From Octopus sinensis (taxonomy: Eukaryota), in the NCBI RefSeq assembly GCF_006345805.1, contig NC_043009.1, positions 59,334,001 through 59,398,000 of the forward strand: 64,000 bases of DNA, given 5' to 3'. The notes below the pieces were generated by a model. It ran no database searches and was not told the origin of the DNA. It worked only from the letters and a program-made list of their open reading frames with translations. How positions within the stretch are numbered: the first letter of the stretch is position 1; each line of letters begins with the position of its first letter. A program made the position numbers and the translations under genes. Of this stretch, positions 54,320 through 64,000 are shown piece by piece.

Positions 54320-54632
54320 CCTTTCCCCTTTATCCACCATTTCTTCATCCTACCCTTTCAACGTACCATTTTGCGTGCTGTCAACCAACTCCAATCTTAC
54401 CCATCCATCTCCCAAATCTTTATCAAACCAACCCTCCTTTCCTTCAAACACGCCCTTAATCTATTTCTGGTCTGTAGCTTCTTCAGCCGCTTGGCACTTA
54501 AAATGGCTCCTTCCGTTGCTCTCGCCCAAACAGTTGCACCTGCCCTTTTCTCTCCAACACCAATGTTCTCACTACCACTACGATATCAACCACTCGTTCA
54601 GCTGCCTCTCCAGCAAAATAATCTACAGCATT
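54320..54632 (+). pseudogene. PLE (Neptune-like) RT-endonuclease linker and GIY-YIG start
   Basis: FPFIHH...LPFQRTILRAVNQLQSYPSISQIFIKPTLLSFKHALNLFLVCS; then NGSFRCSRPNSCTCPFLSNT; then FSCLSSKIIYSI (frameshifted). Confidence 0.75.
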
Positions 54633-54760
54633 TATTTTTACACACACTACACACCTTCCACATCCCACTGCTCTCCACTGCACCAGGTCCACTCCAGGAC
54701 GCTCGGATGGTCAAGCCTGTAGCAATCCGCTAGTTGAAAGCGCTTAAGCAGATCTATGAG

Positions 54761-54875
54761 ACGTGGTACCTTGTGCAAGTGTCTTCTACTATAACCTCGG
54801 GCTGACCAAAGCCTTGTGAGTGGATTTGGTAGACGGAAACTGAAAGAAGCCCGTTGTATATATATGTATATATAT

Positions 54876-54918
<43 letters not shown>

Positions 54919-55148
54919 ATCGTGTGCATATGTTTGTGTGTTTGTGTTTGTCCTCCTAGCATCGCTTCACAAACGTTGCTGGTGTGTTTACGTTTCCGTA
55001 ACTTAGCGGTTCGGCAAAAGAGACCGATAGAATAAGTGCTAGGCTTGCAAAGAATAAGTCCTGGGGTCGATTTGCTCGACTAAAAGGCGGTGCTCCAGCA
55101 TGGCCACAGTCACATGACTGAAACAAGTAAAAGAGTAAAAGGGTAAAA
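54761..55148 (+). mobile_element. SINE B, 5'-truncated
   Basis: CORE, (TA)n tract and full tail ending gtaaaagagtaaaa. Confidence 0.92.
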
Positions 55149-55289
55149 TACCTAGCAGCGTGACTTGAAACCGAAATCTCGTGGTTGCAAAAACAATTGT
55201 TAACCACACAATCTGCGTCATTCTACAATAAACGCAACCTGCTTCACATTCTGCAATAATTCCAACGAAACATTTTCCCATCAAAGTAA

Positions 55290-55700
55290 CACATAGTTAG
55301 TGGGTGAAAATGGTCGGCAGCATTTTCTTTTGATGAGTCTTTTAACACCAAAATAATTCTTCAAAGTATCATCCATGCAAGCAACACAACCTCATTTGTT
55401 ATTATTGTATTCCGTTCCACGGATATTTTCTCAGGTAACTATTTGAATTTCCTTAACCAATAACCTTGAACGACATTAGATTCTAGGGTTTTCCAATCGG
55501 AATCTTACTACTCTGCTTATTTACAAACATCTTTCTAACGTATATTTTCTTATTTATTGATTTTCATTTCATCTCTAAGTGATTTAAACCATTCTTTTCT
55601 TTGATCTAACTTTCTCTCCAGAACCTTATTTTTACTTTCTGCATCTAATAAGATCGGTTTTTGACTTACATTTCCATCTTCTTCTGATCCATAGTGAGTA
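55290..55700 (-). pseudogene. Highly decayed R4/Dong RT N-terminal fragment
   Basis: KEWFKSLRDEM...SDWKTLESNVVQGYWLRKFK*LPEKISVE...AWMIL*RIILVLKD aligns by eye with the 25420-26043 translation. Confidence 0.65.
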
Positions 55701-55784
55701 AATAGTTTCGTTTATATTGGTTTATTATTCTATGTTCGTATATACCTTGATCTTAAGATGCTTTGGCCAACTCTATTACAACTC

Positions 55785-56010
55785 CTGGTGGACTGGCAGA
55801 ATGGTTTAAGCATCAGACAAAATACCTTCAGGCATTTCTTTCGCTTATTTATATTCTGAGTTGAAATCCAATCGAGGTCATCTTTGCCTTTTATCTTTTC
55901 TGGAGCAATAAAATAAAGTACCATTGACGTACCATTCAAGTATTATGTTGATGGTAACGACTAACTCCTCCGATTAAAACTGCCGGCCTTGTACGTAAAT
56001 CAGAAACTTT
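55785..56010 (+). mobile_element. Degenerate SINE A
   Basis: gactggcagaaatggtttaagca...ttctgagttgaaatcc...ctttgccttttatc...ccggccttgtac. Confidence 0.75.
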
Positions 56011-56469
56011 GTGAGAAAAATGTTACAAATAAAAACCAGGACCCATATTTACACAGGGAAGACAAATGCGTATTCTTTTAGGAATATGCTGATATTGAGA
56101 GTATCGTTCTATGCCTTGACCCGAGCATAGAACGGGGTTCACCCTTTTGAACTGGAAAGTGAATAGAATTCCTGGTGTGCGTCTTGTTGTGGCTACCCAC
56201 TCCTAAAAAAATGGGAAATAGGCCTTGGACCTCTCTTTAACTCCCACTATTTCACACTCGTTTATTTCCCGTCCTCTTTGTCTCTGATTTTTTTCTAATC
56301 CTTCAATCCCGCTGCTCTCTACCCATCTCTCCTCCCTCCACGTGACCCGTGTCCAGCCAGCCATGATCTTTCTTTCTTGGCCTGACTGCCGAGCGCCAAC
56401 ACCTCTTATGTCCATCTCCTATGTTCCTGCCTTTAGGCTTTTACTTCATACATACCTGCTCAATTTGAT

Positions 56470-56836
56470 TCGCTCTCAGTCGAAAGACGCCTGTTGATAT
56501 TTCTTATTGCTTGTATTCGTAATTGTGTACCATGTTCTCCGTTTTTTTGTTTATATTTTTGTCTTTGTTGCCGTACACATTCGCTAGCTTTCTGACAAAG
56601 GGGTCTAATGCTCTTAGTTTAGACTTTTTTTGGGGAGGGTGGGGACAACTACATTGAACCATCTCAAGTGTAACTGCCCGAAATGGTCGTGACTTCTGGG
56701 ACTTGACTGAGGAAAGAAAGCCACGAATGACCCTTGTTTTTTGCCTGTCCTTCTAATTGCTGTTTCTCTAGTCCGCCTTTGTATCGTCTATCTGTCCGAA
56801 AGTTTTAAGGTACTCTATTGCGTGTTTGCTCCATTT
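56470..56836 (+). mobile_element. Dispersed repeat, probable PLE terminal region (copy of 25115-25415)
   Basis: Shares the motifs listed for 25115-25415; ends at (CA)n. Confidence 0.6.
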
Positions 56837-56892
56837 ACACACACGCACACACATACACACACACACACACACACACAACACACGCACACACA

Positions 56893-56925
<33 letters not shown>

Positions 56926-57692
56926 CTAGATAATCTATATATATCATACGAGAATCTATCCCTTCTGGCATTGGGAAGACGAAAGATAAAATAACTGTGC
57001 CTTGGAAAAACTACAGAAGACTTTGCTTGTGCAAAACACGGAGTAATTTGAAGTAGCACTCGCAGATAAACGAAGTGCGATAGTGCTTATTTCAACACGA
57101 GTTGAAAGTACAACCCTTGCTTGAACGAGACCCAGCTGCAGATAAAAGGATTCGACAATATTTCCAGAGGAGAAACACGAGGATTACAATCAAGAACATA
57201 GATAACATTATATATTCCTGTTCGTATTGACTTACGTGGCACAACATGGGCTGAGAGTCAGTGTGGACATAATTTTTGGCTGTATGGGGTCAAATGGAGT
57301 TACCACGGGTATACAGGTCCTCATTACTAATGAAGACCAGAAAACAATCTCAGAATAAAGATTTAAAGTAGATATCAGGAGAAGAGTCTTCTTTTTAGGA
57401 CGCACTTCATCTGGTCATCTAAAAGGACCGTTTGGACCGGAACACTGAGTGTATTATTTAGCTGGACTTCACTTTTTTTCCATCTTCAAATGTGACGAAT
57501 GTTTTGAATCGGAGCTGCTAGCTCTGGTAAAAGTCACTAGGTGTGCTAGGATTATTATTGGAGTTGACATTGCTGACACAGTTGATATCATGACACCGTG
57601 TGCATGGCAGTGATTCTCATCAAATACCGGGACCCATTTTTTAGCACATCGTCCTCTCTTTAGAAATGAAACGACACAATTTAGTTTGCATA

Positions 57693-57901
57693 TACTCTTT
57701 TACTTGTTTCAGTCATTTGACTGTGGCCATGCTGGAGCACTGTCTTTAGTCGAGCAAATCGACCCCAGGACTTATTCTTTGTAAGCCCAGTACTTATTCT
57801 ATCGGTCTCTTTTGCCGAACCGCTAAGTTACTTTGACGTAAACACACCAGCATCGGTTGTCAAGCGATGTTGGGAGAACAAACACAGACACACAAATATA
57901 T

Positions 57902-57938
<37 letters not shown>

Positions 57939-58099
57939 CGACAGTTTCTTTCAGTTTCCGTCTACCAGATCCACTCACAAGGCTTTGATCGGCCCGAGGC
58001 TATAGTAGAAGACACTTGCCCAAGATGCCACGTAGTGTAACTGAACCCGGAACCATGTGGTTGGTAAGCAAGATACTTACCACACTGCCACTCCTGCGC
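57693..58099 (-). mobile_element. SINE B, full length
   Basis: Reverse complement of 60661-61040 including head, CORE, microsatellite and tail. Confidence 0.93.
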
Positions 58100-58182
58100 A
58101 TATATATAACAATTCTTTTCTTCAACAAATTATTGGACAAGTTTATAAAGATTTAAACCATCTTAATATCTGTTCCAGGACT

Positions 58183-58480
58183 AGACGGCGAGCTGGCAGA
58201 ATCATTAGCACGCTTTGCCTTTCATCCTTTCGCAATCGATAAAATATGTAAAATAAGTCGAGGTAATTGACTTACACCGTCACCCAGAGTTGCTGGCCTT
58301 GTGCTAAAATTTGAAATCAAAACCAATTCCACGACTATTTCCCTGTTTGGTTGCCTGTACAGGATAAAGTGAAGGAGAGAGTGAAAGAAACAGATTACAG
58401 AACTTGACTGATATTTTATCGATTGCAGAAAGGATTTAAAGCAAAGCTGACGCCGTGGGTATTTGAACTCTGAACACAAA
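58183..58480. mobile_element. Two degenerate SINE A fragments in opposite orientation
   Basis: Plus copy 58183-58320 (acggcgagctggcagaa...ggccttgtgctaaaatttgaaa); minus copy about 58405-58480. Confidence 0.65.
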
Positions 58481-58496
58481 GAATCCAAAAAAAAAA

Positions 58497-58497
<1 letters not shown>

Positions 58498-58534
<37 letters not shown>

Positions 58535-58675
58535 CAACAACAACAATAATAATAATAATAATAACAACAACAACAACAACAATAATAATAATAATAATAA
58601 TAACAACAACAACAACAATAATAATAATAACAACAACAACAACAATAATATAATAATAATAATAATAATAATAAC
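58498..58675. repeat. (AAT)n/(AAC)n alternating microsatellite
   Basis: Direct reading. Confidence 0.95.
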
Positions 58676-59019
58676 TAATGCAAGTCACAGTTATCTGACA
58701 CACTAACGTTTGTCAATCGAAAGCATATTTTTTTTATATGCGTATATTATGGTAATTTCATGCATAATCTTGGTTTATCTATCACTGTTACAATTGTTTC
58801 TATAGATACAATTATATATTAATAAGGAGATTGTATTCTAGAGAGAATAATTATTTTCTTTCTAGCATTGCAAAACGAAACAAAAAAAAATGTACCAACT
58901 AAATGAAAAAAGAAGAAAAACAAGAAAGAAAGAAAGAAACCATGTTCTGTGATGTATTCAGATGCGGTGTATATAATCAAAAACTACTTTGATAATTTTA
59001 TTTTTATTTTGTATTGTAT

Positions 59020-60420
59020 GTATTACATAGAATCACCAGTCTTTATCCTTTACATATTGTTTCCACACTTACATATAGCAACTATTACAAACGGTCATCA
59101 CTACGCATGGGTAGTATTATATACAATCACCACTACATAGTGTCTCGATTACATCGAAGCGCTACTACATACAGTCACCATCACATGCAGTATTAATTAC
59201 AACTGTATAGAGTCACAATTTCATACAAGCACTATCGCATACAGTCACCATTATGTAGAAACTGCAACACACAAGGACGTCTATATACAGCCACCACGAA
59301 ATACAGTCACCATTAAATAATAGACACACCATCGTATACAATCACACTAATGACTGACTATTAAAAGAACTATTGCATAGTCGCCACTCTATGCAAGTAC
59401 TATCATATACATTCAGTATGACAAACACTGCCACCACCGTATGCAGGTTCTGCCTTATATATACACTATGGTGTATGCAGACACCACAATAAATAGGTAC
59501 CATCGCATACAATTACGGTCATTACTATATACTAGAAATATTGGTTTCAAATTTTGGAACAAGGCCAGTAATTTTGGAAGATAGGGCAAGTCGATTGCAT
59601 CGACGCCAGTGCATAACTGGTACTTATTTAATCGACACCGAACGGATGAAAGGCAAAGTCGACCTCGGTAGAATTTGAACTCAGAACGTTAAAACCGACG
59701 AAATACCTATTTCTTTGCTACCCACAAGGGGCTAAACTCAGAGCGGACAAACAAGGCCAGACAAACGGATTAAGTCGATTATATCGAAACCAGTGTGTAA
59801 CTGGTACTTATTTAATCGACCCTGAAGGGATGAAAGGCAAAGTCGACCTCGGAAGAATTTGAACTCAGAACGTAAAGCCGGTACGCAGCGTGTTTCCAGA
59901 AAAGAAAGAAACATAAAATGCTTATGTAATATTCCATTATATGTTTACAAAATAAATATAAGATAAAAAAAAATGTCAACTTTTATTATATTCATTATAT
60001 ATATTGCATCCGGTATAAATTAATATTACTAAGAAATATTACGGTCCTGACACATCAGAAAAAAACTGTCGGTACGATACATCTAATAGTTTGAGAAACA
60101 CTACTATACACCATATAAAGCACAGTCACATACAGTCACCTTTGCTTTATATCCACCGATGTATGCAAGCCCTATCATATACAGTTCCCATTAAATATAG
60201 GCACTATCGCATACAGTCAACATTGCATACAACCAATACTCTTCACAGGCACCATTGCATACAGTCACGATTACACATAACCTGCTATATACATTTACCA
60301 TTATATGCACCATTAAGAACTATACACAGATATTCTCATTTTCGATCATCATTGTATATTGTCAGGACAATATACAAGCACAATCGCATGCATTCACTAT
60401 TGCATACAAGTACAACACTA
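59020..60420. repeat. Degenerate minisatellite with core catacagtcacca, interrupted by SINE A
   Basis: Variants of (ca)tacagtcac(ca) recur through 59020-59530 and 60100-60420. Confidence 0.65.
59545..59873 (-). mobile_element. SINE A, composite form, head missing
   Basis: Two central units joined by gacgaaatacctatttcttt. Confidence 0.9.
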
Positions 60421-60660
60421 ATTGATATACAGGCTCTGCAGAGAAGGAAAATACACGCGGACGGAAAAGGTCACTGAAGAGGTCACAGATGTGCGACGAA
60501 AGATTTTCGGATAATGGATTTTCGGATAATGGACATAAGATAAAATAAGAAGAGTAATAAACGAGTGAAGAACGAATATATAGTGAGTGTGTATATTTAG
60601 CAAAAAAAAAATGTCTATCCCGAAATATAACAATGCATTTAATACAACTTAGCATTATAT

Positions 60661-61040
60661 AGGCGCAGGAGTGGTTGTGTGGTAAGTAGCCTGCTAACTA
60701 ACCACATGGTTCCGGGTTCAGTCCCACTGCGTGGCATCTTGGGCAAGTGTCTTCTGCTATAGTCCCGGGCCGACCAATGCCTTGTGACGGAAACTGAAAG
60801 AAGCCTGTCGTATATATGTATATAGATATATGTGTGTGTGTGTTTGTCCCCCTAGCATTGCTTGACAACCGATGCTGGTGTGTTTACGTCCCCATCACTT
60901 AGCGGTTCGGCAAAAGAGACCGATAGAATAAGTACTGGGCTTACAAAGAATAAGTCCCGGGGTCGATTTGCTCGACTAAAGGCGGTGCTCCCGCATGGCC
61001 GCAGTCAAATGACTGAAACAAGTAAAAGAGTAAAAGAGTA
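60661..61040 (+). mobile_element. SINE B, full-length reference-like copy
   Basis: A-box head ggcgcaggagtggttgtgtggtaag; B-box-like gggttcagtccc; CORE cttgggcaagtgtc; short (TA)(TG) tract; tail ending (gagtaaaa)n. Confidence 0.94.
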
Positions 61041-61064
61041 ATATGTTTTTATGATTGTCTGTCG

Positions 61065-61469
61065 CGGTGACGATGACCATCTAGTCATCGTGGAGCTGAC
61101 TAGTCATCGTGGAGCTTGCACAGTGACTCAGTTTAAAGGGAGGCACAGCTGCGCACCGTCAACCTCACTTCTACGCCCGTGACCTTATTCAATCCAGTGG
61201 TAGGACCAGGCCAAGACGATTGGGGATAGAAGCCAATGTAGTTGATGAACAAGACGTCTTGCATTTCTCATCTTGCTTTCTGCACTCTATAATGCTTTCT
61301 CTCCGTTGAACCATGAAGGTTTCTTCCGCAGAATCCGACAGATCCTGTCTTCAAATGCACAAGGAGGCAAACTCTAAGTCAGGAAGACTTACATAACGTT
61401 TAGCTACCATCATCTGGTTTATCCCACCAGTTGAAGCAGTTTACCGGGACGTGGTCGCTGTTACATAAA
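61065..61469 (-). mobile_element. Possible LINE (RTE-like) 5' region
   Basis: Recalled resemblance of ccagtgg..ccaagacgattgggga and tggtttatcccaccagttgaagcagtttaccgggacgtggtcgctg to RTE-type 5' UTRs; not verified. Confidence 0.3.
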
Positions 61470-61569
61470 NNNNNNNNNNNNNNNNNNNNNNNNNNNNNNN
61501 NNNNNNNNNNNNNNNNNNNNNNNNNNNNNNNNNNNNNNNNNNNNNNNNNNNNNNNNNNNNNNNNNNNNN
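61470..61569. other. Assembly gap (100 N)
   Basis: Run of N. Confidence 1.
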
Positions 61570-61851
61570 CTTCTCCTCCCACACCACCGTTTTCTTCTTC
61601 ATCACCACCTCCTTCGTCATCTTTTCTCATTCTTTGCCACAACATTTTTCTTCTTTTCTTCTTCTTCCATACCGTTTTCTTGTTCTTTTCTTTTCATTCA
61701 TCATCATCATCATTTTCTTCTTCTTCTTGAGAGAGAAGGCCAGAGGTGTGGTGGCATGAGACACAGGAAGTGGAAATATACGAATACGGACTGGAAAGGT
61801 GAACGAAGTGGAAAAAGTAGAATGTGGACGAAGAAATTAAATATTAATCGA

Positions 61852-61853
61852 GA

Positions 61854-61931
<78 letters not shown>

Positions 61932-62090
61932 TGGCAACGATGACGGTGATGATGTTCATGATGATGATGATGATAATGATGATGATGGAGGAGTAGGAGG
62001 GGAGGAGACCGATGACAGCAAAGGGTGAGGAGGAGGCGGAGAGTACAAGAAGAAGAAGAAGAAGAAGAAGAAGAAGAAGAAGAAGAGGAA
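61852..62090. repeat. (GAC)n, (GAT)n and (GAA)n microsatellites
   Basis: Direct reading. Confidence 0.95.
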
Positions 62091-62373
62091 AATGATGAAA
62101 AAAATAAAAAGCAATGATTACAGAATATGGACAATGAATATCTGTCTATCTATTTCTCACTCTCTCTCTCTCTCTTTCTCACTCTCTTTCTCTGCCACTC
62201 TCTCGATACACACACACGCACGCACACACACACACACACACACATACACACACACATATATATGCCCATATAGATATATATATACATATATACATGTACA
62301 TAAATATATAGTGTGTGTGTATCTAAACATAAAACTCACGAATAGGGCTGAATAAATAAATAAAATATTATAT

Positions 62374-62405
<32 letters not shown>

Positions 62406-62523
62406 TATATACATACATACACACACACACACATATAATACATGTACATATGTATATATGTGTGCATGTGTGGTGTGTGTAATACATGCTCAAAAATGTG
62501 TTATATGTATATATGCATATGTG

Positions 62524-62559
<36 letters not shown>

Positions 62560-62709
62560 CAGCGCTCTCATCATTGTCCACATAACGCATACCATATATA
62601 CGTGTGCGTCTATGTGTGTGTATGTATGTGTGCGCGGATTATAGACGTGGACTCATGGATGCATGCGTATCAGGCATATGCGTGTATCTATATTAGTGGT
62701 TCTTTTGGA

Positions 62710-63240
62710 TGCGGTAGTGGTGGTGGTGGTGGTGGTGGTGGTGGTGGTGGATATGGGATGATCGCCGTGTAAAGATAGTGACATTATTTGCGGGGACTAA
62801 CTGTAAATGGTGAGATCGATGTTGGCGGCAGAGGTAGGGAGGCTGATTGCGCGATCGAGAGGTGTCGATGATGCGGATGGAGATGGTGGTTGCCGTGATG
62901 TTTGCAATGATGGAATGGAATGGAACGGAATGGTGGTGGTGGAGGTGGTGCTGATGGCAGTGGCAGTTGCGGCGGCGGCGGTGGTGGAGTTGGTGGTGCT
63001 GCTGCTGGTTGTAGTGGTGTTTGTGGTGGTGGCGGTGGTGGTAGTGGTGATGGTGGTAGTAGTAGTGGTGGTGGTGGTGGTAGTAGTGGTGGTAGTGGTG
63101 GTGGTGGTGGTGGTGCTGCTGCTGCTGCTGCTGCTGGTAGTAATGGTGTTTGTGGTGGTGGTGGTGATGGTGGTTGCGGTGGTGGTGGTGGTGGTGGTGG
63201 TGGTGGTGCTGTGGCGGTGGTGGTGCTGGTGCTGGTGGTA
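62710..63240. repeat. (GGT)n/(GCT)n low-complexity field
   Basis: Direct reading; source of the poly-G/P/V ORFs. Confidence 0.9.
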
Positions 63241-63352
63241 TCGTTTTTTCTCACCGTCGTCGTAGTGGCGGGCAACAGCGATTGAAACGGCAAACGCCGA
63301 TCGTATTGGTGACTTGGAACGGTGATGTCGGTGATCAATAATTCAAGGAGGA

Positions 63353-63424
63353 GGCAGGCAGGCAGGCAGGCAGGCAGCCAGTCGGGCGGCAGGGCGGGGC
63401 GGGGCGGGGCGGGGCGGGGCGGGT
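63353..63424. repeat. (GGCA)n followed by (GGGGC)n GC-box array
   Basis: ggcaggcaggcagg...gggcggggcggggcggggcggggcggggcggg. Confidence 0.85.
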
Positions 63425-63584
63425 GGATGGGGAGTTGTGGCAGCGATGTCAGGAGTTAGAGGGTGGGGGTTGAGACGAAGGGTCGATTTAGGTTGATCTA
63501 GGTGCTTTAGGTCGTTATCTTATTTGCGGACGACGACGACGACGACGACGACGTTCTTATTATTATCGTTGTTGTCATTGCTGC

Positions 63585-63615
<31 letters not shown>

Positions 63616-64000
63616 ATTGTTGAGGGTTTTGTTGTTGTTTTAAAGCACTTCTATTGATAATTGTTGCAGCAACAGCGAGTGGCATTTGCGATGCATTTTG
63701 TTCGGCATATGTCAGTGTTAGTGTATTCTTCTACGAGTTGGCTGTGATAGTGTCAGAGGAAGAAGCAGCAGCAGCCGCAGTAGCAGAAGCAGTCAATGGT
63801 AGCGGTGGAAATAATGGTAGGGGAGGTGGGGTTATTTTTTTGTTGTTGTTTGTTTTTGTTTTTGTTTTGTTTTTCGGATTAAAAATTGAAGAAAATGCCA
63901 CGATAGATCTGTGATTTGCAATTATGACTCAAGTATCATTCCACTTTCAACTGAAAAGACATTCGCCATTATTTTGCTTTCAAAATGGCAAATGGCGAAC

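Noticed and set aside
56950-57690. Unique sequence that might be an exon or a decayed transposon ORF
   Set aside because: Frequent stops and no motif recognised
62784-63338. Pro-rich and Gly-rich ORFs resembling formin or extensin-like proteins
   Set aside because: Derived from the (GGT)n/(GCT)n SSR, which is open in several frames on both strands

Overview
AT-rich, microsatellite-saturated non-coding animal genomic DNA. It is most consistent with an octopus genome, an inference from the tRNA-derived SINE families and the extreme SSR density. No intact host protein-coding gene is supported; nearly all long ORFs in the track are read-throughs of simple repeats. The informative content is mobile DNA. 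It includes many copies of several modular tRNA-derived SINE families, an internally deleted mariner, Tc1/pogo-like and hAT-like MITEs, non-autonomous Helitron-like elements, and three R4/Dong-clade non-LTR fragments, one embedded in (TAA)n. It also holds three Penelope-like element (PLE) protein fragments (RT thumb and two GIY-YIG regions). The main non-obvious signal is a set of minimal type-I hammerhead ribozyme motifs in short PLE terminal repeats (13273, 20127, 40124, 51710 and a long-stem-II variant at 48615). They show compensatory stem changes, a recurrent A6U core variant and a bias for abutting microsatellites, and one sits directly 3' of a GIY-YIG remnant. Several junctions preserve mechanistic scars: snap-back inversions, templated insertions and SINE-mediated tandem duplications. 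There is a 100-N gap at 61470-61569. All alignments, translations and folds were done by eye.
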